In this document: positions 1-30,291 of the stretch, piece by piece | Numbering within the stretch: position 1 is the first letter of the stretch | Layout of the letters: every line of letters starts with the position of its first letter | Source: the human T2T-CHM13v2.0 reference genome, Homo sapiens | Length of the DNA stretch: 64,000 nt | Direction: 5' to 3' (one strand) | Assembly (NCBI RefSeq): GCF_009914755.1 | Contig: NC_060925.1 | Notes under the pieces: model-generated | Databases searched by the model: none | The model's input: the letters and a program-made list of their open reading frames with translations, nothing else | Told to the model about the DNA's origin: nothing | Program-made: the position numbers and the translations under genes

Positions 1-1080
<1,080 letters not shown>

Positions 1081-1549
1081 TCTTTTAAGGGGGAAGTCAA
1101 GGCCTGAGAAACACTGATACGTGCCTCTGCATTGCAGAGCCCCTTGGGCCCAGGCTTTCTAGCCCCATCCTGGCTTCCATTCTCTGTCCTAAACCCCTTT
1201 GTCTCCAGTCCATCAAGAGAGGGCAGGGGCGAGGTCCACTGACTGTTAGGGGCCCTGCCTTCCCTCCTGTCACAGCAGCAGAGTGGCTGTGACCTGGCAG
1301 AGGTGTTGGGAGGGTGGATGTCCCTAGGGGTCAGGAGGAGGTTTCAGTAATGTGAAATTGGAAGAGTTGAATCATTTCAACCACGGGGCATGGGGATAAA
1401 GGAAATCATGATGCAGCCATAGAGTGGAAGATGTGCAGCCATTAAATATGGCTTTATGAATAATTTTTAATATCCAGTTTTTGGTAACATGAAAACTGCT
1501 GATGTGTACTATTAAGTGGGAGAAAATAAATATAAAAACTTGCTTATGA

Positions 1550-1874
<325 letters not shown>

Positions 1875-1999
1875 TTATGAATGAAAAACAAAACCACCTT
1901 CAGAAAAAAAGATTTGATAGAAATAGGCCAAATTGTTGTCAATGGCCACCTCCTGGATGGATGTGAAATGGGTGATTTTTAAAATTGTTTTCTTATTTT

Positions 2000-2302
2000 T
2001 AAATTTTAATTTAAATTTATTTTTTGAGATAGGGTGTTGCTCTGTTGCCCAGGCTGGAGTGCAGTGGTGTGATCATGGCTCACTGCAGCCTCAACCTCAA
2101 GTGATCCTCTCATCTCAGCCTCCTTAGTAGCTGGGACTACAGGTGTGTGCCACCACACCTGGCTAATTTTTTCATATTTTTTGTGGAGATGGGATTTCAC
2201 CATGTTGCCTAGGCTGATCTCAAACTCCTGAACTCAAGCAATCCACCCACCTCGACCTTCCAAAGTGCTGGGATTACAGATGTGAGTCACCATCGCCCAA
2301 CC
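2000..2302 (-). mobile_element. AluJ
   Basis: Antisense Alu dimer. Confidence 0.88.
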
Positions 2303-2336
2303 TGTTTTCTTTATGTTATTTAAAATTTTGCAGATT

Positions 2337-2627
2337 GGCTGAACACGGTGGCTCATGCCTGTAATCCCAGCACCTTGGGAGGCCAAGGTGGGCAGATCAC
2401 CTGAGGTCAGGAGTTCGAAACTAGCCTGACCAACATGGAGAAACCCCATCTCTACTAAAAATACAAAATTAGCCGGGCGTGGAGGCACATGCCTATAATC
2501 CCAGCTACTCGGGAGGCTGAGGCAGGAGAATTGCTTGAACCGGGGAGGCAGAGAAGTTGTAGTGAGCTGAGATGGTGCCACTGCACTCCAGCCTGGGTGA
2601 CAGAGCGAGACTCAAAAAAAAAAAAAA
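2337..2627 (+). mobile_element. AluS, followed by (TTG)n at ~2629-2652
   Basis: Sense Alu dimer with A tail. Confidence 0.9.
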
Positions 2628-3566
2628 TTTTGTTGTTGTTGTTGTTGTTGTTGCTGATTTTCTACAGTAAGCACACACTCCTTTTATATTTAGGAAAAAA
2701 CTGATAAAATAAGAGTGACTACGACTATTCATTAGGCATATGTGTTGCCAGGGTCTACTGAACACTCAGCTCTGCTTGATGCTATTGAAAGTTCAGGAAT
2801 GAATGCGAAGCTAACAGGGAGGTGTGGGGTTAGGTGGTGGGGAGGACTGGCCAGAACACAGAGGGGTGATGAATGTAAGGGGAGTCAGGGTCTGGGCAGC
2901 CTGGAGCCCTCCAGAATGCTGCCTTTGTTCATGAGAAGCCTCATTCATGGGGAAGATACCGTGGGTAGGACTCTGGCCTTGAGTCACCTTGTCTCTGCAA
3001 GTGGCGCAGGCAGGCTCCATTGAGCTCTTCACCCATGTTCACCTGGTCCCTTGGCATAGCTGGCAGGAGTGAGCGAAGCTTGTAGCCTGTGAGACCAGGG
3101 GTTTTCCTGCCCCAGGTTGACTATTACTTCCCTTGCATCATCCGTACCAGGGCCAAGGGCCTGGTTCCCTTGACTTCCATTGTGGGAGCAGCACTGGCCC
3201 AGCAGAGGTGGGACAGTGGGGTTTCCAGGAGATAAACTTCCATGGCTCTTGGGACCTCTGACTAGTAGAAGAGAAGCCAGTATAATCCAACACTTAAAAG
3301 AAGAGACTCATTAGCCAGTCTCTGGGTTCAGTTTCTTGGTCACTACTCACTGGCTATGACCTTGGGCAATGGCTTAGCCTCCTTAGGCCTCTGTGTCCTC
3401 ATAGTAGCTATTTCACAGGACTAATGAAGGAATTAAAAGGCTAAATCCTTATAGATTATGCTTAGCATGTAAGTAGTTGATTCCTATGGTCTGACTGAGA
3501 GGTGGATTCTGATGCTAGACTGCCTGGGCTCAAATCATGTTGGTGTCTCAGTGTCTTTTTCTGGCT

Positions 3567-3853
3567 TTTTTTTTTTTTTTTTTTTTTTGAGACAGGGTCT
3601 CTGTAGCTCAGGCTGAAGTGCAGTGGCATGATCATGGCTCACTGCAGCCCCAACCTCCTGTGCTCAAGCCATCCTCCCGAGTAGCTTGGGCTACAGGCAT
3701 GCCTCACCACACCTGGCAAATTTTTGTATTTTTTGTTGAGATGGAGTTTCATCATGTTGCCCAGGCTGGTCTTGAACTCCTGGGCTCAAGCAGTCCTCCC
3801 ACTTCGGCCTCCCAAAGTGCTGGGATTACAAGTGTGTGCCACTGCGCCCAGTC
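3567..3853 (-). mobile_element. AluJ inserted in a MIR
   Basis: Poly-T plus antisense Alu; flanks read as MIR core (tcatctgtaaagtggagatgataat). Confidence 0.85.
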
Positions 3854-3984
3854 GGCATCTCAGGTTTTTCATCTGTAAAGTGGAGATGATAATATGATCT
3901 ACTTCAGATGATTATTATGAAGATTAAATGAATTAATATAAGTAAAAGTGATTCGAACAGTGCTTGGCACATAGTAAATGCTCA

Positions 3985-4332
<348 letters not shown>

Positions 4333-5525
4333 TCAGCCAGTTGTTTGTGGCTGGCAACTGCCAATTCATCTGATTGTCCCAAGAGCCTCAGTGGATTGGT
4401 CAGTGCCCATGACTCCCTTGCTAAATAGTCTTGAATGTCACCATTATTCATTACTATTATTAGTATTGTGGGTTCCACGTGTCAGGATCCCTTCCTGGGT
4501 TGTATTTCATCTTACCCCTTTGCCAAGTCTTGGTTGATGTGGTCCTGCCTCAGTTTCCAAAGGGTGCTGGTGATGGAAAGCGGGGTGCTGGGCAGATTGG
4601 GGTGAAAGCTGGCTGCTTTGGGGATTGTTTGATGAGCATTATAGTAGATTAAGCTACTTCTCCCCTTCCTTCCCTGCCCTTATTGAAAAGGCGCCAAAGC
4701 CAGGAAAAACAAACAGCCACCCATAAATAAAGAGGACCATGAAATAACAAAATCGAAAAAGAAAACTTGCTTTAGTGGCGGGCTTGGCTGACGATAGGGT
4801 AGATAATGGGAGAGGAAACGCAGCCTTTGGAGAGAAAAAGAACGGAACGCGTTGTTCACTGGAAGAATGAATGCTGCCTGAGGAAGAGCTGCTAAACTGG
4901 GGTGTCCGATGAGCGAGCCTGTGTTAGGGGAGCTGGTGGTGATTAGGCTTACATGAGGCATGAGTGTCATCCCACCAAGAACCCCTGGGATGGGGGACAC
5001 CTTAGGCTTAAGCGGGCTGCGCCAACGGGAGGCCGGTGTGCCAGTCTGGCCTAGAGCCTTGGCTGCCATGATCATAGAGCTGCTGCTCACCTCCTCAAGG
5101 GCTGGCCAAGCTGGGAGCTGGATGCTTGAATCTCTTAGGGAGCCCCTAGACCTTCTGTCAAGGTATATATTTTTTCTGGAGTGTTAGGGAGACAATCCCA
5201 GGGAGGAGAGGAGGAGGCCAAAGTTGTTTGCTGACTGTTTGCATTCAAGGCTGTGCTCCTGTCAACACTGCCTGGTGGCTTTCTGGGTGAATGAAATTTA
5301 CTGACTTCTCTTCCTTTCTTGTACCACTTACCCATCTGGATCGTGGACCCATTTCTCCTGCCTCTGCAATGAGTTGGGTGCCTGAGGTGGGAAGGGGAGA
5401 GAAACCTTTCCTGAGCCCTTGGGATCCCAGGATGCTGTGTGGAAGTGCCCACTTTGGGAGTGGGCTGTGGGCTCACAGATGGGTAGAGGCTGATATTTGA
5501 AATGCATTTAAGAAGGGCCTTAGAT

Positions 5526-5667
5526 GGCTGGGCGCGGTGGCTAACACCTATAATCCTAGCATTTTGGGAGGCTGAGACAGGAGGATCACGTGAGCCCAGC
5601 TGTTCAAACCAGCCTGGGCAACATAGCGAGATTCCCTCTTTATTTAAAAAAAAAAAAAAAAAAAAAG
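5526..5667 (+). mobile_element. Alu monomer (FLAM-like)
   Basis: Left-arm sequence followed directly by poly-A. Confidence 0.8.
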
Positions 5668-8600
5668 TGGCAGGAGGCCTTGGAAACATACTGGTTTGGG
5701 GCTGAGTGGTCTGGCTGGTAGAGGTTTCCTGGAAACACAGTCCTTCATTCAGCCACCACAATACTAAGTGCCAATCTGCTTTGTGCCAGGCATTGGGCTA
5801 AGTATTTTCTATATAATAACTTATCAGTTCTCTAGCAAGCATAAGAGGTAGGTATTGTTAGCCCCCATTTCAGACAATGAATCTGAGGTGTAAAGAGGTT
5901 AAGTCTCAAGTATTCACTGGGCTACCTAGAGCCCAGCTGCTTCCCAATTTTCCACCCTTCACCTCCTAATCTAGATGACAATGGTAAAATGCCCATTACA
6001 GTTGTTCATCACGGCTGTGTGCCAGGCACTGGGCTTTGCCTGTGTTATCTCGTTTACTCTTTGAAACCCCACTAGTGAGTATATATTACTATTTGCCCCA
6101 GTTACAGATAAAGGCAGGAGGGTCATTTGAGCCCAGGAGTTCAGGACCAGCCTGGGCAACATGGTGAGGCTGAGAGAGTTAAACTAGTTGGCTAGTTAAG
6201 ACGGATGCTGGGTTTGAACCAATGCTGCGTGTCTCCCAGAGCCTCATTTCACCATGTACTATGAGGGCTTAGTCTACATGGCTTAGACTTGTCACAAAGC
6301 AAAAGCCGATAATGCCCAGCCCACCCCAGTACTGGGAGAAGGAGTGTTTGGCAAAGGTGAGATTTCATCAGCCTGGTGGGTAAACATGGCTGTTTGCAGA
6401 CTAGTTGCGCTTGTCCTTTCCGCTGTCTGTAGTCATCCCTATGGTCCCCACCTTCCTCTCCCTCTGGGGTTGGCAGGAGAACGCAAGGGTTAATGATATA
6501 GCACTTCACCCTTGTGGGCTCCAGAGGAAATGAGGGAGCTCATGAGTTCTGCAGAGCTTTTGTGTCATCAGCCGGGGAAGGGAAGGCACCGTGGCTTGGC
6601 CAGATAAGCGGTGGCGCTGCGAATGTGGGGCTTCCTTGGCAGATTTGTAGCCTTTCCGCCTGTTTGCACTGTGGGGCACCTGCTGGGGCTTCCAGGGTGG
6701 TTGGGGACATCAACAGGGCATTCAGAAAACTGATAACCTAGGCTAGGGAGGGAGACCTACATGGAGCAGATGGAGGAGGAAGAGGGTGGCGGGCCCTGGT
6801 GTTCTGCAGGTGCATGTCTTCTGCTTGTTTGACCATGTGGGGGAAGGGGGTGGCGGTGGGTCAGGGAGCAAACATTTTTTTGATTTTCACAAACACCATC
6901 ATATTCAGTCTTCTCTATCTCTATGGGGTAGGTGTTATTTGTTCCCATTTTAGAGATAGAGAAACTGAAACTTCCCCATGGCCACACATCTAGTGGTATA
7001 TAATAGAGCCAGTCTTCAGACACAGGTCCATGTGACAAAGTCCTTTTTCCATTAGCCACACCAGGATGCCTCCCAGCAATGCTGGGTCATCACACCCACC
7101 CACCTGCCTCCGGAAGAGCTGGGCTGGCTGGGGAGGAGAATAGGGTGTGAGTCCTTCTCCCCCTTGCCCTGGGGGCAGGGAGGGAGAGGGACTCCTTCCT
7201 GCTTTAGGGCTCTTTCTCCTTACCTCCTTCCCTGAACATATATTCTGTACCAGATTCTGTAATTATACCTTATCTCTTACTCACAAAATAGTTCTTGGAA
7301 TCTCTATTTTACACATGAAGAAATGGGGGTTTTGAGAGGTGAAGTCTTTCCCCCAACTTGCCAGAGCTGCCTGGGTTTCTTTTGACTAAGTTTTCCTTGG
7401 CTATGACTCAAGTCAGAAACAACTGCAATCCTGTAAGAGGTGAAGACAGTGGCCATTCTATCTCTGCTGGACCAGAGCCTGTTATTTTGCACCGAGGAGA
7501 GTGGCCAGGGCATCAGCTGATAAATGAAAGGATGTGGATTTAGACATCAGCGAGGCCTGAGTTCAAATGCTACTTCTGCTGGGCCCTCAGTAGGACGTTC
7601 TAGCCCCCGAGCCTTAGTCTTTGTAGTGTTCTTGTGAGGATTAAGCAGGAATGTGAATGAAGAGCCTTTCACTTAGTGCTTGCAGCCAAGTAAGTGCTGT
7701 AGCATTGCATGCTTGCTTTTTGCCTCCCATTCCTTTGGTCAGTATTCAGGGCTATCCCCCAAGGGGCCTTTGACATGGCCAGTCAGCCTCAGCTGCACAA
7801 TTTCTGCATCTCCCAGCCCTAGGCTGGGCACTGTCCCTGCAGGAAGCCAGATGTGCTCACCTGTCCAGGACACAGGCTTGGCCTTGCCATTGGGAAACAA
7901 GGATGAGGCCTACCCCTGCCTTCTAGCACTGTTGGGGTGCAGGAGAACCTGGAGACAGGCTTGGGTTCTAGAGGCAGGAAGGCCTCCAGAGAAGGGCCTC
8001 CTAGAGACACTGTTGACCTCTTCTCGGTTTGGGACCTTCTGGAGGCACACATCACACTGGGAGCCTCAATGGCGCTTTCAAGCAGTCCCATCTGTCTCTT
8101 TCTCGACCCACTCACTGGGTTGGGAGAAGACTCAGGTGCCTCTGAGGCCTGAGGACCAGGTGGGAACATCACAGCTACAGTCTCTCCCTGGCCACTGTTT
8201 TCCTTTGTGCCCTTGGGCCAGGGTCAGCTGAGTCCCGGCAGCCACAGAAGCTCAGGCTGGACTGTGATTCTGTACCTGAGGTGCTGTGGGGAAGTGCCTC
8301 TTCTCCCATGCTTGGGAGTTGACCCAGCCTCTGTCTGATGTTGGCCACTCTACCAGGTGAATGCCACCCTGACCAGCCTGGAAACAGCCGAGGGAGTGTT
8401 GGCTGTGGCCCCCCTGAGCTGGGCTAGACCAGACCGGCCGTGCCCTGGATCTGATACCCCCCAGGGCTCACAGAGGCTGGAAAGGGTGAGAGGGACTCGC
8501 AGGAAAGCTTTGTCCCAAGCCTGCAGCCAGTCCAGCTCCCAGCTCTGAGTAAACATTAGAGATAGGATCGGGTGTAGCCAGGAAGGGTGGCAGGGTGTGG

Positions 8601-9537
8601 TCTGTGAGAAGAATGGCAGGATGTGGCACCGGGGCACTGTTCTGGGCACCCACGCCTTGGCCTATTGTTTAGGGCAGCCTGAGGTTCTCAGCTCTCTGGG
8701 GGCTTTCAGAGGAAGTGGCATTCCCCTGGGACTCAAGCCCTGCCCCACCCCTGCTGCATGGATCTCTTTCCCTGGTGATGCCCCTTGGCACCACCCACTC
8801 AGAGCAAGCTTGGGAGTGGGAGCCAGCAGTGGAGGGGGATTAGTGTGTGCCCAGCGGGGAAGTGTAGCCATTGGCCCTCTCAGAGGGTCTGCCTGTCTGT
8901 TCAGGCTTCCTGTACCCCAGGGTCTGAGTCACCCGTCATGCTACGATGACTGGAATTTATCTCTATCTTTATCTTCATCTAGATATTTTTTGTAGGGTGG
9001 GGGAAGGCTGTCGTTGTGGAGGGAGGAAGGACTGACAGTAAAAACTCCTTTGATTCCAATCCAACAGGGTCAGTTGTTGACTGGTTAGAAGAGGAAGTGG
9101 CTGGTGATTTGTTTTGGGCAGAAAGGGGCTAGGTTTGTGTGCGCCTGTGGGTTGGTGGGGTTCAGAGGGGCTGTGACAGGGCTGGTTGTGGGGAGGAGAG
9201 AGGAAGAGGATCGGCACCTGCAGCGGGCTTTGTCATATAAGCGCCATGCTTTGAGCCACTGTCCCTCCATGGAGGCGGGTGCCTCTCTATACCTTGTCTC
9301 AGATGCTGGATTTGGGGGCCTCGGGGCCTGGTAGGCACAAGCTGAGACTCAAGGCTCTGCATGTCAAGGGCGAAGATGGCTGGAGCCCTCTCCTTAGAGG
9401 TCTTCACTTCTTAAGGATGCTCACTTGGGTGAGATAAGACCACAGAGGAAGAAGAATGGAAGAGGGATTGTGAGGTGGGTTCCTGAGAAGGAAGGGAGGG
9501 CAGAGCAGAGATGCCGCTTAGCGCCCCAGCTGGCTGA

Positions 9538-9845
<308 letters not shown>

Positions 9846-10652
9846 TTCTATACAGTCTTGAAGCAGTGCTGCCCCAAAAGCTGCGTGAACTCAACATCTC
9901 CTGACCTCAGTTTCTCTGTTTATAAAATGTGTTGAGGTTGGGCAAGAGAGGAAACTGGGCACGCAGGAGCACTTCCATCCAAGCGAGGGGCTGACGGGCT
10001 ACCCTGTGGACTTGTGGCCTCTGACCAGTACCAAGGCATCAGACTAGGGTGGAAACTGAGGGAGCCCAGTAACTCCTGTATCCTGTGGACCCAGCGTTCT
10101 TTGGCTTCTGGGCATTTTGGGACAGTGGAGTTTGAGGTTACTGACCTTAAAACCTCCTGCGGAGCCACATGGAAAATGACTGAAGCAAGGAGCATGCTGT
10201 GTAACAAAGGAGTAAAGGAACTTGAGGGATTATTTTAGTTTCTGGAAAGTCTAAAGGGAGACTTAAGGGAGGACTCCAACGGGGTCTTTAAATCCAAAAA
10301 GTATGGAAAGTGTTTCTTATCCGACCCAAGGTAAAAAGAAAAGGAAATGGAATCGCTTTGCTGCTGGGGGTATTTAGGTAACTCATAGGAAGAGCTTAGA
10401 CCCAAGGAAGAGGCAGCAGAGGATAATTGGGTGTGGGAGAAAAACCTGAGAGAGCAGGAGCTGTCTAATAGTCCTAACAGTATCCATCACCTGTTAAGCA
10501 TCCAGACCTGCTTTGTGCTGTGCTGCTGAACTCTGTCACTCTCTTGTCATTCTAAGAATATTTATCGAGCACTTACTGTGTTTCAGGCACTGTGCTAGGC
10601 TCTGGAGCTACAGTGATGAGCAGAAACAGGTATATTTTTGGCTACTGGGTGA

Positions 10653-10973
<321 letters not shown>

Positions 10974-12235
10974 TAAAGGTATCATTACCAATTGTGATAA
11001 ATACTTTTAAGGTCAAGTTCAAAGTGCCATGAGAATGTAAAATAGGCACTCTGATAGGGTCTGGTGTTGTTAACAGGAGATTCACCTCTTGATGTTGAGT
11101 TTCTTATTCCTATTTTACTGAGGAGGAAATGGGCTCAGAGAAGTTAAGTTACTTGCCCAAGGTTGCACAGCAATGATTGGTCAGAGTTGGGATTCAAATG
11201 TACCCAAGTCTGTCTGACCCTAGAGGCTTTTCTCTCAACCACTTGACTCTCAGAGCATCCTGGACTGCGCACAACTTACAGAATAGATATTCACCCTGTA
11301 TTATCTGATCTTCATGGACACCAGTGAGACATGGGTTATTGTACCCATTGTATGGATGAGGAGACAGGCTAAGGGAGGTTAATTAATTTGACTAGGTTCA
11401 TACAAGTCAGCCTGTGGCAGGGCAGGAATTTAAACCCAGGTTGTTGGATTCAAACCCTGCGGGTCTTCCAAGTTGTCCCCTGACTCCCTCCAGGACCCTT
11501 GTTTTATAGACACAGCTTGCAGGGGTGAAGCAAACTGTGCAGACCCCCAGCTGCAGAGTGACAGAGCAGTGACCACATAATGACCCCTCTCTTTCCATCT
11601 CACTGCCTTTCCTCCCTTATCTAGTTGATCATGGGACCGTCGCTCCCCTCCCTGGGATGGTTAGGGTCTGGAGCCTGGTACTGATGCTCTTCACAGAGAC
11701 ACCTGCGTCTCTCTGGGCCATGGCAGGCTGGGGCTTGGTTCCCTCAAGACCAGACAGGGCAGGGAAAGCAGCTGCTCTTCTCAAGCAGGCCTGTGCTTGG
11801 GGAGGGGGAGAGGGAGGTAAAAGAGGTACCCAGGGACCCTCTCCCCCAAAGGTGAGACCCAGAGGTGCTCTCCATTGGGGGCGGGGTGGCATTGTGCCTG
11901 GGCTGTTGCCTTTTCATGGACAAGTGGGCCCAGAGGATACCAACTAAGGGCCAGTGCCCAGCACCTGCCGTTGAGCCAGACACCTGTGAGGATGGAAGGG
12001 CCCTTGTCTGGGCAGGGTTATCTGGTGGGCACCCAGCCCTAGTGAACAGACTGACACCTCTAAGCTGGCTTGGCTGGTCACCAGGAGCCATTGTCTTTGT
12101 GCTGGAGGCCAGGGTAGGCCACTGAGAGGCCCAGGAGACAGGCTCCCTAATATAAGGGTGATCCATGGTGCCTGGCTGGAGGGACCGTGGAGGCTAAGTG
12201 TGTGTAGAAGCTCAAAGGGAGGAGGTGTCCTAGTG

Positions 12236-12547
12236 CAGCGCTGTCCAACATAAATATAATGGGAACTACATGTGTAATATTTGCTAGTAGCTGTATTAAA
12301 AAGTATAAAAAGAAATAGGTGAAATGAATTTTAATGATGTATTTTATCTAACCAACTTATCCAAAAAGAATTTCAACTTGTAATCAGTAACCATTACTAA
12401 TGAGCTATTTTACATTCTATTCCATGTACTAAGCCTTCAAAACCTGGGGTGGGTTTGATGCCCACAGCACATTTCTGTTGGGACTGGCTGCATTATAAGT
12501 GCTTAGTAGCCGCATGGGGCAAGTGGCTGCAATCTTGGGCCGTGCAG
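12236..12547. mobile_element. MER33 (hAT-Charlie DNA transposon)
   Basis: cagcgctgtccaa...aagaaataggtgaaatgaattttaat...gtgcttagtagccgcatg matches recalled MER33; gtcctag at both ends. Confidence 0.75.
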
Positions 12548-13461
12548 TCCTAGGGTTAATTAGGACAGATGATGGCCTCCTCTGCCTCCACCATCAGCTC
12601 CAGGGATGGATGGTCGTTCACCATCCCCAACTGGGGAGACCTTGGACTTTTGTGTCCTGTTCATCTGACCATGCTCCTGGAGGCTGTGGCTGCTGCTGGG
12701 ATTTCTGGGCTGCAGCAGGAAGGCTTTGAGGTGGGAGCTGGAGGCCCCTGAAGTTGGGACAGAATGAAGGAGAGACCCTTAGGACCCAAGTCCGGAGTGA
12801 GGAGGGACCCGGTGGCCGGCCTGCGCCCGCAGTGGGTGTGAGTGAGGTGGCGCTGAGCCGACGGATCAGAGGCCCACAGGCCCGCATTGTGCGCCTGTCA
12901 CACTTCCTTTGGCTTTATTGCTTTTGTCCAACACCCTATTGTCTGGCTTCCTTTTGTCCCCCATTCAGTGCTGCTGCCTTTTATTTTCCAGCCAGCCTGG
13001 TTGTTTTCATTTCTTTTGTCTGAAGTTCCTGAGAGGAAGGTTTTATTTTCAGCGGTTTGATTAATTCACAGCTTGAGCCCAGGGTTTGTTTGTTATGTAA
13101 TTGCTGCCTTCGGCTTCAGGATAAAACCCCCTCCCCAACTGCACCCACTCCCACTTCTCGCCCCCCTGCTCTCGGCCTGGCTCTGAGCCCCTCCCGGTGC
13201 CCGGATGGGCTGAGCCGCCTGCTTTCTGGACGCTCTCCAAGCCCCTGGGCTGTAGGAGGGGACCCCAGGGTGAGCTGGCCTGGGGTCTCTTCTCTTCTCT
13301 GCATCTAGGTGGGATGGGGCCTTTGTACTTATGGTCATGGAGGCCCCTCTCTGCAGTGCCCTGTCTTGGGACCCAGCCTCTGGGGAACCCTACACTTTGA
13401 AAGTGGGTGAGCAGGAGAGTCTGGTCTGATCAGCAAGGTGGAATCAAATCAAATACACATG

Positions 13462-13811
13462 CACTCATGCACTGCTTGCCTACCAATGTCTCTGTCAACG
13501 ACCGAACACATATAGGACAGTGGTCCTGCAAGATTCTACTACTGTATTTTTGCTGTAGCTTTTCTATATTTGGATGTTTGGATACACAAATACTTAACCA
13601 TTGCATTACAATTACCTACGGTATTCAGTACAATAACATGCTGTACAGGTTTGTAGCCTAGGAGAAATAGGCTATACCATACAGCCTGGTGTGTAGTAGG
13701 CTGTACCATCTAGGTTTGTGTAAATATACTTTATGAGGTTTGAATAACAAAGAAATTGCCTGGTGATGCATTTCTCAGAACATGTTTATGCTATTAATTG
13801 ATGTAGGACTG
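13462..13811 (+). mobile_element. Tigger3a/MER7-type TcMar MITE
   Basis: aacatgctgtacaggtttgtagcctaggag...ggctgtaccatctaggtttgtgtaa; ends gactg|ta. Confidence 0.8.
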
Positions 13812-13815
13812 TATA

Positions 13816-14791
<976 letters not shown>

Positions 14792-15079
14792 TATATATTT
14801 TATTCAATTATAATGCTTATTTAAAATACTCTACATGTACTCTATTATATACAATGCGTGTTTCATAATACATAACAAACATTTTACAGAGTTGATGCAA
14901 TCTATCCAAATGCATCCATACAGAGCTGATGCAGTATTTAAATACCATACTGCACCTGGGAGGTTTAAGGAATTTTTTTACTGTAGGGATATTTTTACTA
15001 TATCTGATTTTAGCCTTACATACTTCCCCTAAACATCTAATCCCCATGCAAAAAAAAAAAAATCAAAAAATGTATTTAA

Positions 15080-15262
15080 CAGTGCTTTTCTAACTAGTGC
15101 ATATCAAAATCACCTGGAGGTCTTGTTAAACCTGATCCCTGGCCTAACTCCCAGAGATTCTGATTTGTGGGAGGGACTTATGACTTTGCCTCTCAAACAA
15201 GCCCCCAAGGCATGCTGAAGCTGCTGGTCCTTATACTGCATTCCAACTAGTAGTGGTTTAAC
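15080..15262. mobile_element. MER5A
   Basis: aatcacctggagg...cccagagattctgatt...aacaagcccccaagg matches recalled MER5A. Confidence 0.65.
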
Positions 15263-16289
15263 AAACACCAGATCATGTGATGTTATTTGGAAATGTGATA
15301 AACAAGGAAACAACAAAACACCAGATCGGTGCTTACTGGTGCCACAAACTATTCTAAGTACCATATAAATATCAACTCCTAGTCCTCACGGCCATCCTAT
15401 AGTGTAGAGACTCTTACCATGCTCATTTTACAGATGAGGAAACTTGAAGTACAGAGCAGCTAAGCAACTTGCCCTAGGTCACTTGGCTAGTCAGTAGCTG
15501 AGGCAGGACCCATGCATAGCTGGAACCTGCTGTGTTCCCACTAGAACCCAGAGCGCATCTCTGTGACTTTGGAGGATAGGCATCTGCTGCTCCGCCCAAG
15601 CCTGGCATGACCCCTGGAAACCACTCCCTGAGATGCTGCGATTGCTCAGCTCCTCAGATGTCCCAGGCAGTGATGTGACAGGAAAGGAACAGCAGGTGCA
15701 GAGTCTCAAGAGGGTCTGCCAGGTATACCAGCTGCTTAAACTAGGAACTGCAAACTCAGATGCCTATGGTGGCCAGACTCTGAGAGATTCTAGCTAGATA
15801 CCGGAAAATATTTTTCGTAAAGCCAATCATCTCAGTCTGTTATTCCCCCCACCCCCGCCCTTTATTTTTTTAAAGAGATGGGAGTCTCATTAGGTTGTCC
15901 AGACTGGCCTCAAACACCTGACCTCAAGTGATGTGCCTTCCTCAGCCTCTTGAGTAACTGGGATTACAGGCATGAACCACCATACCCGGCTATTTCCCCC
16001 CGTGTGATAGATGCATGAAGCAAGAAATCATTTACTTTTACCTTATCTCCACTGTAAGAAGAAGACTATATGTCTTATATATAGAAGAATATATGTCTTA
16101 TATAGTTAATACTTGGTTTCCTTTTTGAGGAGTAGTAGGAGTGTAGAGGCTAAAGTAGACTGGCCTGTCCATAAGAAATACCCATTACTCAATTCCAGCC
16201 AATTTTTACCACAACAACAATTGAGCTAGAAGTTCAAATCTAGATTTTTATGTGTTATCTCTTGATTTTTAAGTATTGGTAACTAATTA

Positions 16290-16832
<543 letters not shown>

Positions 16833-17069
16833 CTAGAACTTTTTGTTTAAAAAGCAAAAAACAAAACAAAAAAGCATGAGGGATACAAGAGGCTTTGCTG
16901 ATTTTTCTGTGGGTTCATAAGTAAGCTTGCCCTTTCTGTGAGTGTGCCCATGTGACAGGCACCAGGAGGCACTTGGGTGGGGTCAGGGGAGCAAACAGTA
17001 GGGTCACTGCCTCTGGGCAGAAGTTTACGACTGGGGACTCACCTCAGCTCACTCTGTCCCTCCCCCAGG

Positions 17070-30291
<13,222 letters not shown>

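Noticed and set aside
10200-10420. Purine-rich segments resembling pseudogene fragments (also ~32850-33120, ~49760-49880)
   Set aside because: Resemble ancient CR1/L3 remnants; too degraded to call; RepeatMasker or tBLASTx would decide.
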